Origin: Candidatus Iainarchaeum sp.
Lineage (GTDB): Archaea > Iainarchaeota > Iainarchaeia > Iainarchaeales > GCA-2688035
Direction of reading: 5' to 3'
Assembly (NCBI GenBank): GCA_017610175.1
Contig: JAFCCO010000001.1
Coordinates: forward strand, 32,001-96,000
Length of the DNA: 64,000 bases
A program made the position numbers and the translations under genes. Positions 23,193 through 33,180 of the stretch are shown piece after piece (within the stretch, counting starts at the first letter, position 1; the number at the start of each line of letters is the position of its first letter). Below the pieces are notes generated by a model. It searched no databases. It was not told the origin of the DNA and saw only the letters and a list, made by a program, of their open reading frames with translations.

Positions 23193-23774
23193 TTAATGCT
23201 TTCTTGAACTTGGCTGTTTTCCCGCCCTTTTCTTCATCAATTCCTCAAAAAGGACCCTGGTTTCGGGGAGTTCAAGCCTTGCGTCGGCATATTCGTAGAA
23301 TTCCTCAAGGCTTAGCTCAAAGTTTCCCTTCTCCTCATACTCAACTGCCTGAAGGATTGCCTCAAGGCGGTCTAGCTCGTAAACAAGTTTTGCCTCTTTG
23401 CTTTCGCGGGCCTCATACTCTTCCCAAAGGGCTCTAATTTCTGAAGCGGTTTTTTCGTCAAGCATTCCACACAATTCATCCAACGCCTTTTCCTCGCGCT
23501 CTTTCTTTTCGTGGTTTGTGATTTTCTGCAGCTCTTCCTTAATTCTTGTGGCAACATCGCCGCAGATTGATTCAGGCAAGTCGTGCACCACGGCAAGCTT
23601 TACCGCCTTGCTTTCATCAAGCCCCATTTTCTTTGCAAAAGTGAGGGCCATTACGCTCAGCCTGAAAGAGTGCTCGGCAACGCTCTCCGCATTTTTAACG
23701 CCGCGGTCAACCCAGCCGCATCTCTTCTCTTCCTTGAGCTTTCCAACAGTTTGAAAAAATTTAATCAGGTCCAT
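23193..23774 (-). CDS. HD-domain hydrolase (YfbR/HDDC2-like 5'-deoxynucleotidase)
   Basis: R.GW, ESVAEHS, HDLPE..GD, DRLE. Confidence 0.9.
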   Translation of the reverse strand: MDLIKFFQTVGKLKEEKRCGWVDRGVKNAESVAEHSFRLSVMALTFAKKMGLDESKAVKLAVVHDLPESICGDVATRIKEELQKITNHEKKEREEKALDELCGMLDEKTASEIRALWEEYEARESKEAKLVYELDRLEAILQAVEYEEKGNFELSLEEFYEYADARLELPETRVLFEELMKKRAGKQPSSRKH

Positions 23775-23829
23775 TTAAGCAACTTCGATTGTTTTATATA
23801 TATATTAATCTATTAAAAGAAATGATTAT

Positions 23830-24900
23830 ATGGCTGAACCTTTTTTGGAAATTCTTTCACAGACCTATTTCGGGAACACTTTGCTGCAGTATGTTTATTT
23901 CCTGCTCACAATTGTCGTTTCATTTCTGGCGGGGAAAGTTGTCAGCTTTGTTATAAAGAACCATTTGCGAAGGCTAACCGAAAAGACAAAGACTGACGCA
24001 GATGACTTGCTGCTTGATATTATTGAAAAGCCAATTTGGATTATTGTTTTAATTGCGGGATTTGCGCTTGGCTTTCAGTTCCTTTCGGTCTCCCCTGAAA
24101 TTGGGTTCTTTTACTACAACACAATCAACGTTTTAACCGTTGTTGTGGTCACATGGGTGCTAATCAATTTTGTTGACAAGTTCATCCAGAGAATTCTCAA
24201 GCCGATTGTGAGCAAAACCGATTCAAAGCTTGACGACCAGCTCATTCCGGTTCTGTCAAAGATTACAAAGATTGCAATCCTGGTTCTTGCTCTGATAATT
24301 GTGGTAAGCAACTTTGGCTACGATGTCACCGCCCTTGTTGCCGGTCTTGGAATCGGTGGTCTTGCAATTGCGTTTGCAGCGCAGGAAACAATCTCCGACA
24401 TCTTCGGCGGTTTCTCAATTTTCACATCAAAGCCGTTTGTTGTGGGGGATTCAATCCAAATGGGTGATACGGTTGGGGAAGTAATAGAGGTTGGGCTAAG
24501 GCACACAAGAATCAGAAACCTTGACAAGAGAATTGTAATCGTTCCAAACAGTCAGGTTGCAAAAAGCGTGATAATTAACATTACTTCCGCCCCGCAAAGG
24601 AAATGCGTTTGGCATTTGGGTGTTACATATGACACAACGATTGCAAAGATTGGGAATGCAAAGAAGATTATTGTGGACGCAATCAACGCACATCCTGAGT
24701 GCGAGGACGACCCCATCGTTGAGTTTGAGGGGTTTGCCGACTCATCCCTTACAATTCTTGTGATTTTTTACACCAAGGAAAATGACTTTGGGCAGTTTGT
24801 TCGCGTGCGGGACTCAATTGGAATGCGAATAAAGAAAGAGTTTGAAAAGGCCAAGATAGAGTTTGCCTTCCCGACCCAGACAATTCATTTGGCAAAATAG
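23830..24900 (+). CDS. mscS: MscS family mechanosensitive channel
   Basis: GIGGLAIAFAAQ, KPFVVGD, VPNS, IEFAFPTQ. Confidence 0.95.
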   Translation: MAEPFLEILSQTYFGNTLLQYVYFLLTIVVSFLAGKVVSFVIKNHLRRLTEKTKTDADDLLLDIIEKPIWIIVLIAGFALGFQFLSVSPEIGFFYYNTINVLTVVVVTWVLINFVDKFIQRILKPIVSKTDSKLDDQLIPVLSKITKIAILVLALIIVVSNFGYDVTALVAGLGIGGLAIAFAAQETISDIFGGFSIFTSKPFVVGDSIQMGDTVGEVIEVGLRHTRIRNLDKRIVIVPNSQVAKSVIINITSAPQRKCVWHLGVTYDTTIAKIGNAKKIIVDAINAHPECEDDPIVEFEGFADSSLTILVIFYTKENDFGQFVRVRDSIGMRIKKEFEKAKIEFAFPTQTIHLAK

Positions 24901-25116
24901 TCAGGCCTCAATATCTATGCCGCCGCGCTTTTTCGCTTCTTCAGCCCTTCTTTTAAGGTCTTCAGCGCGTTTAGCCTGCCGTTTTGCCAGCTGCTCTGCG
25001 GCCTCCTGCTCAGGGGTTTTTTTGCGAATTTTCTGAACCCTTTCAACAGGGGGAACCCTCTGTCCGATTCCAAGGGCTTTTGCAAGCCTTCTTCCAATGC
25101 GTGAAATGCGTGGCAT
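24901..25116 (-). CDS. small basic hypothetical protein
   Basis: 71-aa ORF fills the gap between two plus-strand genes; TTAAAA about 23 nt before ATG. Confidence 0.55.
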   Translation of the reverse strand: MPRISRIGRRLAKALGIGQRVPPVERVQKIRKKTPEQEAAEQLAKRQAKRAEDLKRRAEEAKKRGGIDIEA

Positions 25117-25198
25117 AGTAGGCTATTGTTTTTCCCTGTTTTTAAGATTTTGCCAGCCGGCAAAAGCCTTTTATCCAAAGAAGCACTTATTTAGTTGA

Positions 25199-26137
25199 AT
25201 GGTTTTTTGGGCGATAGCGGTCTTTTTAGCCAGTGCTGCACTTATTGTCACAAGCAGCAAGTGGGTTGTGGACAATTCCCTTGGGTTAAGCAAGATTATC
25301 GGGGTTTCCACTTTTGCAATAGGCTTCATTATTCTTTCAATCTCAACTTCTCTCCCTGAACTCGCTGTTGCGCTGTTTTCATCGCTTGGAGGCACGCCCC
25401 AGCTTTCGCTTGGCACCATTTTTGGATCAAATGTTACAAACTTCACTTTGATTATTGCGGCAGTTGTCTTTTTTGGCGGGGAGATTTACCTCAAAAGCAA
25501 GGTTGTTCGTGAACTGCTTGAACTGCTTTTGATTACAACAATAGTTACTCTCTTTATTTTCTTCCAGGCAAGCATAACCTTTGTTCACGGGATAGTTTTC
25601 CTCGCATTCTTTGCACTGCTTGTGCGGCGCCTGTACAAGAAGGGCAGAATTCCTCCGGTGCTTATAAACGACTCCAAGCGCGGCAAGAAAAATGTTGCAG
25701 CAATGCTTCTCGCAGGCCTTGCAACTCTTGTTGCCGCAAGCTATTTCCTTGTTTCAAGCGCGGTGCAAATCTCCTCCACTCTCGGAATCGCGCAGACGGT
25801 TTTTGGGGCTGTTGCAATTGCGCTAAGCACCTCTCTCCCCGAGTTAAGTGTTGAAATCCGTGCAATAAAGCAAAAGGAGTATGCACTTGCAATGGGTGAC
25901 CTTTTTGGCTCGGCTGTTGCAAACATTACGCTTGTTCTTGGCTCGCTGATAATAATCAGCCCTGTTCCGCTTGACCCAAGCCCCTTGCTTGGAGCGGTTT
26001 TTGTTGTTCTGGCTGCGATGGCATTAATCTGGCTTTTTTTTGTGCGCAGGGGCAAGATTGGAAAAAAGGAAGCAGCATTGCTGTTCCTGCTTTACGCTGT
26101 GTTCGTGATTTACGAGCTTGGTTTTGTAATGCTGTAA
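25199..26137 (+). CDS. CaCA family Na+/Ca2+ (cation) antiporter
   Basis: two alpha repeats TSLPEL...GSN and TSLPEL...GSA. Confidence 0.92.
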   Translation: MVFWAIAVFLASAALIVTSSKWVVDNSLGLSKIIGVSTFAIGFIILSISTSLPELAVALFSSLGGTPQLSLGTIFGSNVTNFTLIIAAVVFFGGEIYLKSKVVRELLELLLITTIVTLFIFFQASITFVHGIVFLAFFALLVRRLYKKGRIPPVLINDSKRGKKNVAAMLLAGLATLVAASYFLVSSAVQISSTLGIAQTVFGAVAIALSTSLPELSVEIRAIKQKEYALAMGDLFGSAVANITLVLGSLIIISPVPLDPSPLLGAVFVVLAAMALIWLFFVRRGKIGKKEAALLFLLYAVFVIYELGFVML

Positions 26138-26170
26138 AAAAAAAGAAAAAGGGGGAGAAAGTAAAAAAAC

Positions 26171-26842
26171 TTACTTTCTCATAATGAAGAATGCCGCCGC
26201 CCCAAGAACAATAACCACAACTGCAACGCCTACAATTATTGTTGTTGTGTCGGCATCAAACGAGCCTGTGCTTGCCGTTGTGGTTTCAACGAATGCTTCC
26301 TCTGGAAGACCCAGAACGTCAAACTTCACAAAGCCGTCTTCCTGCTCCTCGCCGCCCTCTTGCTTTACAAGGGTTCCGGGAAGCCTCACAAGATAGTTGT
26401 ATTCAAAGCCCATCATTTTGAGCTGTGCCAACTGTTCTGAACCCTCTGGAAGCTGTTCAGCCGACTCGGTTTGGTTTACTGACTCAAGCGCTTTCTTGAC
26501 ATCGATTCTGAATGTATCCCCATCAATTGTAATGGCTTCGGAATTGCTTCTGTCAAGTGTTCCGCTCAGGCTAAGCACCTTATCCTCAAATGTGCAAGTT
26601 ATGTTAGTCAGCTGAAGCGGGGAATCACCTGCCTGCATTTCCTCTGTCATTCCATCGCATGGATTTTCTTCCGCCATGTTTACTTCGGAGTCAGGGTCAT
26701 CCGGAATTGCTGACAAATCCATGATGAGTGACATGTCGGACATTCCGTTTGCCTTAATGTCCTCTTTTATTTCAATCTTAACGCAGCCGGAAAATACCAC
26801 TAATGCAATTAACAGCCCGGCAAGCAAAAATTTCTTATCCAA
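26171..26842 (-). CDS. putative lipoprotein (LppM-like) with C-terminal TM helix
   Basis: lipobox-like VFSGC; acidic domain; TM plus RK tail; SD GAGGTGA. Confidence 0.7.
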   Translation of the reverse strand: MDKKFLLAGLLIALVVFSGCVKIEIKEDIKANGMSDMSLIMDLSAIPDDPDSEVNMAEENPCDGMTEEMQAGDSPLQLTNITCTFEDKVLSLSGTLDRSNSEAITIDGDTFRIDVKKALESVNQTESAEQLPEGSEQLAQLKMMGFEYNYLVRLPGTLVKQEGGEEQEDGFVKFDVLGLPEEAFVETTTASTGSFDADTTTIIVGVAVVVIVLGAAAFFIMRK

Positions 26843-26934
26843 ATTAATTCACCTCACAAATAAATTTACTGTAATCAAAAGGCGTTAACTGTATTTAAAT
26901 GTTGGTTAAGAAAGAGAGCGTCCCAACCTGCTCT

Positions 26935-27010
26935 GTTATTATTGTTATTATTATTATATTTTTATTATGCACAAGAAAAAACGAAACAAAACAAAAAACA
27001 GAAAAACAAA
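26935..27010. repeat. AT-rich low-complexity tract, (TTA)n then (CAAAA)n-like
   Basis: ttattattgttattattattat...aaacaaaacaaaaaacagaaaaacaaa downstream of tRNA-Asp. Confidence 0.6.
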
Positions 27011-27053
27011 ATACTGAAGATAATCTAATTTATCCTAAATAGAAAATATTAAG

Positions 27054-27125
27054 CGCCCTAGCCGGGAATCGAACCCGAGTCACAGCCTCGACAGGGCCGT
27101 ATCCTAACCTCTAGACTACTAGGGC
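27054..27125 (-). tRNA. tRNA-Asp(GTC)
   Basis: acceptor GCCCTAG/CTAGGGC, loop CT-GTC-GA, GGTTCGATTCC. Confidence 0.95.
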
Positions 27126-27180
27126 AAAAAATTCGTTTTACCTAATTCAATTGGGGGCAGCAAGGTTTAAAAAACTAAAT

Positions 27181-27909
27181 TCATGGCGTCTCTGCGACAA
27201 AGTAAAGCTCTTCACTGCTGCGGGAGGGTTCTCCAAATACCGCATCAAAGACGCGCACGTTCACAAAGCCTGCCTTTGAAAGGTTTTTTGTGACAATTGC
27301 CCGTGTGTAAGGCCTTTGCGCAACGGTTTCCTCTGTTCGCTTGAACCGCTCCCTTCCAAGCGCCGTGAAAACGGACATTTTGATTTCAAGCATTCCTTTG
27401 CGAAAAAAGTTTTCCCACACAAAAAAGTTTTTTCCAACGCGCCCGGCATACGGTTCCTCAAGCGAAATGTGCTGCATGTACTTCTTTGTGTAAATTTGGA
27501 AAATGAACTTTCCTTTTTTTCCAAGCAAATGGTGTACTGAAGAAAAGGCCTGAAGCAGGTTTTTTTCTTTCAGCAGGTGGTTTAGGCAGTCCCCGCTCAC
27601 AACAACGTCAAATTTTTCCTTTTCCTTGAAGCACTCGATTTTGCTGCATTCAAATTTAACTTTCAGCCCTGCTTTTGTTGCCTTCTTCTTTGCGATTGCA
27701 AGCATTTCTTTTGAGGAGTCAACCCCCTTAATCTGGAAACCGTGCCACGCAAGGGGGATTGTGTACTTTCCGGTTCCGCATCCAATGTCAAGAACCCTTG
27801 CATTCTTCTTTCTTGCAAACTTTTTTACAAATGAAAGAAAACGAATAGACGGGTCAATGGCTTCGTCGTAAACCAATGCAAAGCTTTTGTACAAATTTGG
27901 CTTGCCCAT
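27181..27909 (-). CDS. class I SAM-dependent methyltransferase
   Basis: VLDIGCGTG, GVDSSKEML, FDVV. Confidence 0.88.
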   Translation of the reverse strand: MGKPNLYKSFALVYDEAIDPSIRFLSFVKKFARKKNARVLDIGCGTGKYTIPLAWHGFQIKGVDSSKEMLAIAKKKATKAGLKVKFECSKIECFKEKEKFDVVVSGDCLNHLLKEKNLLQAFSSVHHLLGKKGKFIFQIYTKKYMQHISLEEPYAGRVGKNFFVWENFFRKGMLEIKMSVFTALGRERFKRTEETVAQRPYTRAIVTKNLSKAGFVNVRVFDAVFGEPSRSSEELYFVAETP

Positions 27910-27997
27910 TCAAATCTCGAAGCAGAACGATTTTATTAATCCTTTCACTTGCCGGGTTTTTGGGAGATTTAAAAGAAGTTTTGTGCATGTATTGTGC

Positions 27998-28543
27998 ATG
28001 GAAAAAGGCTTGCTCACGGCTTTTTCTGCGGCTATTTTGTTTGTTTTATTAGCCGGCTGTGTGGGTGGGCTGTCAACCGGGGTTAAGCCATTGAATGGAG
28101 GGAGTTTAATGAAAATTGAAAGTACCGATTTTAAGACGGGGGCAGCAATTCCAGCAGAATTTACGTGTGACGGGCAGAACCTGAATCCGGAGCTTCATTG
28201 GGAGGGAGCCCCTGCAGAAACAAAGAGCTTTGCGCTTACCGTGCGCGATCCGGATGCCCCAAGTGGAACTTTTGACCACTGGCTGGTGTGCAACATTCCT
28301 GCAGGCGTTTCATCGATTGCAAAGGAAGCGGGTGCTCCAGCCGGCTCAAAGCAGGTTCCAAACGATTTTGGAAAGCAGGATTATGGAGGCCCGTGCCCGC
28401 CAAGCGGAACACACAGGTATTTTTTCAGGCTTTACGCGCTTAGCGTTGAATCAATTGACTGCTCAAATAAAGACGAGCTTTTTGTTGCACTTTCGAAGAA
28501 CAAGATTGCTGAAGCGGAATTGATGGGAACTTTTGCACGCTAG
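27998..28543 (+). CDS. YbhB/YbcL (PEBP/RKIP-like) protein, with lipobox-like leader
   Basis: DPDAP, HW, YGGPCPP, HRY; LAGC leader; alternative start at 28109. Confidence 0.9.
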   Translation: MEKGLLTAFSAAILFVLLAGCVGGLSTGVKPLNGGSLMKIESTDFKTGAAIPAEFTCDGQNLNPELHWEGAPAETKSFALTVRDPDAPSGTFDHWLVCNIPAGVSSIAKEAGAPAGSKQVPNDFGKQDYGGPCPPSGTHRYFFRLYALSVESIDCSNKDELFVALSKNKIAEAELMGTFAR

Positions 28544-29247
28544 TAGCCTGCAAAGTTTTCAAGCACAATGCGTTCCTTTGGAATGAAGAGTTCTTCCACT
28601 GCAATTTTTTCCATTACTTCGTTGAACTTTGGCGGGCCCACAATGTAGAAGATTGTGTCCTCCAGGTCGCCTGAATAGTTCTTAACCATTTCTGCAGTAA
28701 TAAAACCGGTTTCTCCCTTCCACTGCGCTTTCTCTTCATTGGTTAGGTTGGTTAGTGTATTGATTACTTTCAGGCTCACAATTTTTTTCTCAAGCTCGTC
28801 AAGCTCTTTTCTGAAAACAATTCTTTCCTCGTTTCTGTTGCTGTAGAACAGAACCATTCCGTGCTCTTCTCCCTCATCCGCAACATACTCAAGCATGCTT
28901 CTAACGGGGGTTAGCCCAATTCCGCCTGTGAGGAAAACAATTTTTGAATCCCCTGCCTTTTTCAGCGTGAATTCACCCATTGGCTGGGGCAATTCAAATT
29001 CGTGCCCTGGCTTAAGTGAGTTGAGCGCCTGCTTGTAGTCTGAGTCGGAGATTATTGTTGTGAACTCCACATTTTCTCTCGTTGGGGAATTTGAGAAAGA
29101 AAAGTGCTTTGTGAACTTTTTTCCATCCAACTCAAAGTTGAAGAAACAGAACTGGCCTGCAATAAATTCAATTTTTTTCTCAGGCTGCAGTATGAATGTC
29201 TTAATTCCCGGTGACTCCTCTCTTTTTTCCACAAGAGCTGCTTTCAT
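28540..29247 (-). CDS. FAD/NAD(P)-binding ferredoxin-reductase-type oxidoreductase
   Basis: FIAGQF, GGIGLTP, YSNR, VGPP, ENFAGY. Confidence 0.88.
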   Translation of the reverse strand: MKAALVEKREESPGIKTFILQPEKKIEFIAGQFCFFNFELDGKKFTKHFSFSNSPTRENVEFTTIISDSDYKQALNSLKPGHEFELPQPMGEFTLKKAGDSKIVFLTGGIGLTPVRSMLEYVADEGEEHGMVLFYSNRNEERIVFRKELDELEKKIVSLKVINTLTNLTNEEKAQWKGETGFITAEMVKNYSGDLEDTIFYIVGPPKFNEVMEKIAVEELFIPKERIVLENFAGY

Positions 29248-29315
29248 TTCAATTACTTAAACGCTTTTGATTGTTTTATTTCTTTCCCTTGCATAAAGGG
29301 GCGGTTTAAGCAAGC

Positions 29316-29567
29316 TCATTTCTTGTAAATATTCTTTCTGTGTGAAACCTTTAGCACAAGGATGATTAGTTTTTTTTGTTCAATGTCAGCTATTGCCCTG
29401 TAGTGGCCAATTCTCAGGTTGTAGGCTTCCTCTCCCACCAGCTTTTTGAAGTGGGTTTCCGGCCGGATTCTTGCCCTCTCCAAAGCTGAAACAATTCGTT
29501 CCTGCTGGCTTTTTTCGAGTTTTTTGAGCTGGCGCTCTGCTTTGTTGGAGATAACAATGCTGTACAT
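29316..29567 (-). CDS. relE: RelE/ParE family toxin
   Basis: AERQLKKL, LRIGHYR, HRKNIY. Confidence 0.88.
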   Translation of the reverse strand: MYSIVISNKAERQLKKLEKSQQERIVSALERARIRPETHFKKLVGEEAYNLRIGHYRAIADIEQKKLIILVLKVSHRKNIYKK

Positions 29568-29786
29568 TTACAAACCCAACTCTTTCTTTACCTGTGCGAG
29601 AGTTTTAACCTTGCCTTCCTTGAATTCCTTCCTTGCTTCTTCGATATCCCTTTTGGTTTCCTCTGAAATTTCCATTGTGTCCTCCAGCAAATCCCAGATT
29701 ACTTCTTCATAGCTTTCTTTGCTGCTGAACTTGCGATCCTGCAGCTTCTTGCGCAGTTCTTTGCTAATCTGAATGGTTGTTTCCAT
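29568..29786 (-). CDS. putative antitoxin (RHH-like N-terminus, acidic C-terminus)
   Basis: TTIQISKE...ESYEEVI; directly upstream of relE. Confidence 0.8.
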   Translation of the reverse strand: METTIQISKELRKKLQDRKFSSKESYEEVIWDLLEDTMEISEETKRDIEEARKEFKEGKVKTLAQVKKELGL

Positions 29787-29824
29787 AGCCACTATATAAG
29801 TTGTTATAGTTTATAATCTTTTCT

Positions 29825-30952
29825 TTAATTTGCCCACTCTGCCATTCTTGCCTGCTTCAGGCCAGAGGCCTGAATAAATGGCCCTGCCCTTGCCATTATT
29901 GCCCCTGCCCGCTTCAAATCCATTTCCTCAATCTTTTTCTTGTGCTTCCGCAGCTGCAGAATCTTGTCCGCACTAACCGGCCCTATTCCCGGAACATGCA
30001 GGAGCTCTTCTTTGCTTGCGCAATTAATGTCAACAGGGAATCTGTTTGGATTGTTTAGTGCAACCGCAAACTTTACGTCCTTCACATTTCCAAAATTTTC
30101 CTCTTCGTTTAAGGCTAATTTCAATTCCTTCAGCCTGTAACCGTATACACGGAGCAGCCAGTCGCTTTGGTAGAAACGATGCTCCCTTGACGGCTCTTCC
30201 GCTTCCCTGCCCTCAAGCCCTGTTCCCTCAATGGGCTGGAAGGCAGAGAAATATGTGCGGTAGAGCTGTGTTTCATGGTAGAGCCTATCCATTTTACCAA
30301 GTATTTCCAAATCCGTTTCGCCCGCCGCCCCCAGAAGGAACTGGGTGGTAAAGCTTCGAAGAAGCCCCTTGCGCTTTATTTCGTTTATCCAGCGAAACCT
30401 TTTCTCCAAGTCGTTTGAATAATCCTTTGTGCTGCCAAGCAACTGCATTCTGCTACTGCTTGTTGCCTCCAAATTCAGTGACATTCTTGTTGCAAGCCCT
30501 GCCATTTCGTACACTAGGTGCTTTGACATCGTGGGCAAAACTTTCAAATGAATGTATCCCTTAAATTTGAATTTGTTCCGCAAAATTTTTGCACTTTCAA
30601 TCATTTTTTCGGCAGTTCTGTCAGCTTCCCCTGTTATTGCGGAACTTAGGAAAAGCCCGGCTACCTGCCCTGCCCTGTAAAGTGAGTTAAAGCTTTTTGC
30701 AACCTCGCCGGGGGCGAGTTCTGCTTTTCCCTTTGAACAGCTGCTGTTAACGCAGTACTTGCAGTCGTGAATGCAGGCATTGCTTTGCAGCACTTTCATT
30801 AACCTGCATTGCTCCGCGGTATTTGAGCAGTCGTGCACAAAGTTTGAGTATGAGGCGGGAATTTTGCTTTTGCGAAGGCTCTTTCTTTTATCGCCTCCGC
30901 ATGAATCCCATGAAGCGGCAGAGCCAAGCTTCTGCAGTTTTTCAAGAAGCAT
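29825..30952 (-). CDS. putative DNA modification/repair radical SAM protein with HhH (TIGR03916-like)
   Basis: CIHDCKYC, GLFLSS, YIHLK, REHRFYQSDWLLR.YG, VPGIG. Confidence 0.88.
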   Translation of the reverse strand: MLLEKLQKLGSAASWDSCGGDKRKSLRKSKIPASYSNFVHDCSNTAEQCRLMKVLQSNACIHDCKYCVNSSCSKGKAELAPGEVAKSFNSLYRAGQVAGLFLSSAITGEADRTAEKMIESAKILRNKFKFKGYIHLKVLPTMSKHLVYEMAGLATRMSLNLEATSSSRMQLLGSTKDYSNDLEKRFRWINEIKRKGLLRSFTTQFLLGAAGETDLEILGKMDRLYHETQLYRTYFSAFQPIEGTGLEGREAEEPSREHRFYQSDWLLRVYGYRLKELKLALNEEENFGNVKDVKFAVALNNPNRFPVDINCASKEELLHVPGIGPVSADKILQLRKHKKKIEEMDLKRAGAIMARAGPFIQASGLKQARMAEWAN

Positions 30953-30994
30953 GCAATAATGTGGGGTTGGCTTGGGGTATTGATTTGGATGGAG

Positions 30995-33118
30995 TTACTT
31001 TCCGGTATTCCGCTGATTGCCGATTACAATCCTCGCATCAACCGCGTAAAGTTTTCCCTTTGAAACAATTATTGGGTTCAAATCGATTTCCTGAATTTCC
31101 GGAAAGTCCAGCACAAACTGTGAGAATGCGATGAGAATCTTTTCAAGTTCAAGAAGGTTTATTTTGAACTTTTTCCTGTAGCCTGCGAGAAGTTTGTAGA
31201 CCTTTGTTCTCCGGATAATGTTTTTTGCAAGGGTCTGGTTTAGGGGGGGCAATCCTATGCTCTTGTCCTGGAATAGCTCTGTTGCAACCCCCCCCATTCC
31301 GAACAGAATTACCGGCCCGAACACCGAGTCATTTTTTGACCCAAGGATTAATTCAAGGCTTCCTGCAACCATTTTTTGCACGCTAACCCCTCTGATTTTT
31401 GCATTGGGGGCTGCCTTTCTTGCATTGGAAGTAATTTTTTTGAACGCATTTTGCACTTCTTTTTCTGAAGCAAGGTTTAGGGAAACCGCGTTTGCATCTG
31501 TTTTGTGCGTAATTTCGTCCGAAACGACCTTCAGTGCGATTGGGAATCCAAGCAGGCGTGCCTGCTTTACAGCGTCCTTTGCATTTGCTGCAAACACTGT
31601 TTTGTTTACGGGAATTCCGTACTCTTCCAGAATCTCTTTTGAGTCAACCTCATCCAGCACACGGTTTTTTCTCGCAAGGTTTTTATCAAAGATTGCGCGA
31701 ATCCTTTTCTTGCTTGGTTTTGAGCCGAGTTCAATTTCCTTTGGTTTCTCGTAAAGGTTTGCGATATTTTCCCTGTAGGAATTCATGTAGCTGAAAACCC
31801 TCACCGCTTTTTCAGGGGTCCTGTAGGATGGCAGGCCTTTTTTTCTGAGAACCTCGCGTGCGGGCTCAACAAATGATTCCCCCATCCAGCATCCGAGAAC
31901 GGTTTTCTTGCTCTTCTCCGCCTGCTCTGCAACAATCTTTGCAACCTCTGCGGGCCTTGTTATTGCCTGCGGGCTAAGGATTACAATTACCCCGTCCACG
32001 TTCTTTTCCTTGAGCACCACGTTAAGCGCTTTCCCATAACGTTCGGGCGGAGCGTCTCCTAAGACATCAATCGGGTTGTTTCTGCTCCAGTGCTTGGGAA
32101 GAACCCTGTCAAGCTTTGCCATCGCCTCATTGGACAGGGCTGCGATTCTGCACCCGTTTTTAATCACAGCATCAGTTGCCATTACCCCCGGCCCGCCTGC
32201 GTTTGTAATTATTGCAAGCCTGTTCCCTTTGGGAAGGGGCTGCCCTGCAAGTGCCTTTGCGCACCCAAGAAGGTCCTGCACGCTTTCAACGCGCACAATT
32301 CCTGCCCTTCTAAAAGCGGCCTCAAACACAGCATCGTTTCCTGCCATTGAGCCTGTGTGGGAAATTGCAGCCTTTGCGCTCTCGTTAAACCGGCCTGATT
32401 TTGCAACAATTATTGGCTTGCTTTTGGAAAACCTTATTGCCGCATCCATAAACCTTTTTGCGTCCTTGATTGTTTCCATGTAGATTGCAATGCTTTCCAC
32501 ATCCTTGTCCTGCTCAATGAATTCAATCAAATCCGCAAAGTTGATGTTGAGCATTGAGCCGACCGAAATAAAGTATTTGAATCCAACATTTTGCTTTATT
32601 GCCCAGTCAAGAATGCTTGAGCACAAAGCACCGGACTGGCTTATCAGCGCCATTTTTCCGGGCAAAGCGTTTCTTGTCGCAAAGCTTGCGTTAATCTTTT
32701 TGTCAGGCCTTATGAACCCAAGGCAGTTGGGTCCGAGAACGCGCATTCCCGTTCCCCTCACAATTGAGGCAATTTCCCTTTCAAGCTCCTGCCCTTTTTT
32801 TCCAATTTCCCCAAACCCTGAGCTTACAATTATTGCCGACTTTGTTTTTGCAGACACGCACTCCCTTACAAGCGATGGCACGATAAATGATGGGGTTGCG
32901 ATTATTGCAAGGTCAATTTCTTCCGGGAGATCGGTTATGCTTTTGTGGCACTGGATTCCCATCACATTTTTCCTGTTTGGGTTAACGGGGTAAACTGTTC
33001 CCTTGTAGCCGCTTCCAATCAGGTTCTTCATCAAAGAAAAGCCAACGCTTCCCTTCTGGTTGCTTGCCCCGATTACCGCAATGGATTCGGGGTTAAACAG
33101 CTTGTCTAATCCGTTCAA
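30995..33118 (-). CDS. ADP-forming acetate/acyl-CoA ligase, fused alpha-beta
   Basis: AVIGAS, GPNCLG, SQSGA, catalytic SHTGS, NPIDVLGDA, ATP-grasp HKTD and DLNP. Confidence 0.92.
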   Translation of the reverse strand: MNGLDKLFNPESIAVIGASNQKGSVGFSLMKNLIGSGYKGTVYPVNPNRKNVMGIQCHKSITDLPEEIDLAIIATPSFIVPSLVRECVSAKTKSAIIVSSGFGEIGKKGQELEREIASIVRGTGMRVLGPNCLGFIRPDKKINASFATRNALPGKMALISQSGALCSSILDWAIKQNVGFKYFISVGSMLNINFADLIEFIEQDKDVESIAIYMETIKDAKRFMDAAIRFSKSKPIIVAKSGRFNESAKAAISHTGSMAGNDAVFEAAFRRAGIVRVESVQDLLGCAKALAGQPLPKGNRLAIITNAGGPGVMATDAVIKNGCRIAALSNEAMAKLDRVLPKHWSRNNPIDVLGDAPPERYGKALNVVLKEKNVDGVIVILSPQAITRPAEVAKIVAEQAEKSKKTVLGCWMGESFVEPAREVLRKKGLPSYRTPEKAVRVFSYMNSYRENIANLYEKPKEIELGSKPSKKRIRAIFDKNLARKNRVLDEVDSKEILEEYGIPVNKTVFAANAKDAVKQARLLGFPIALKVVSDEITHKTDANAVSLNLASEKEVQNAFKKITSNARKAAPNAKIRGVSVQKMVAGSLELILGSKNDSVFGPVILFGMGGVATELFQDKSIGLPPLNQTLAKNIIRRTKVYKLLAGYRKKFKINLLELEKILIAFSQFVLDFPEIQEIDLNPIIVSKGKLYAVDARIVIGNQRNTGK

Positions 33119-33180
33119 AAGTGTGCACTCTCCGCCCTAATAAGGCACGAAGAATTTAATACAGTTTGGTGCGGCTCAAA

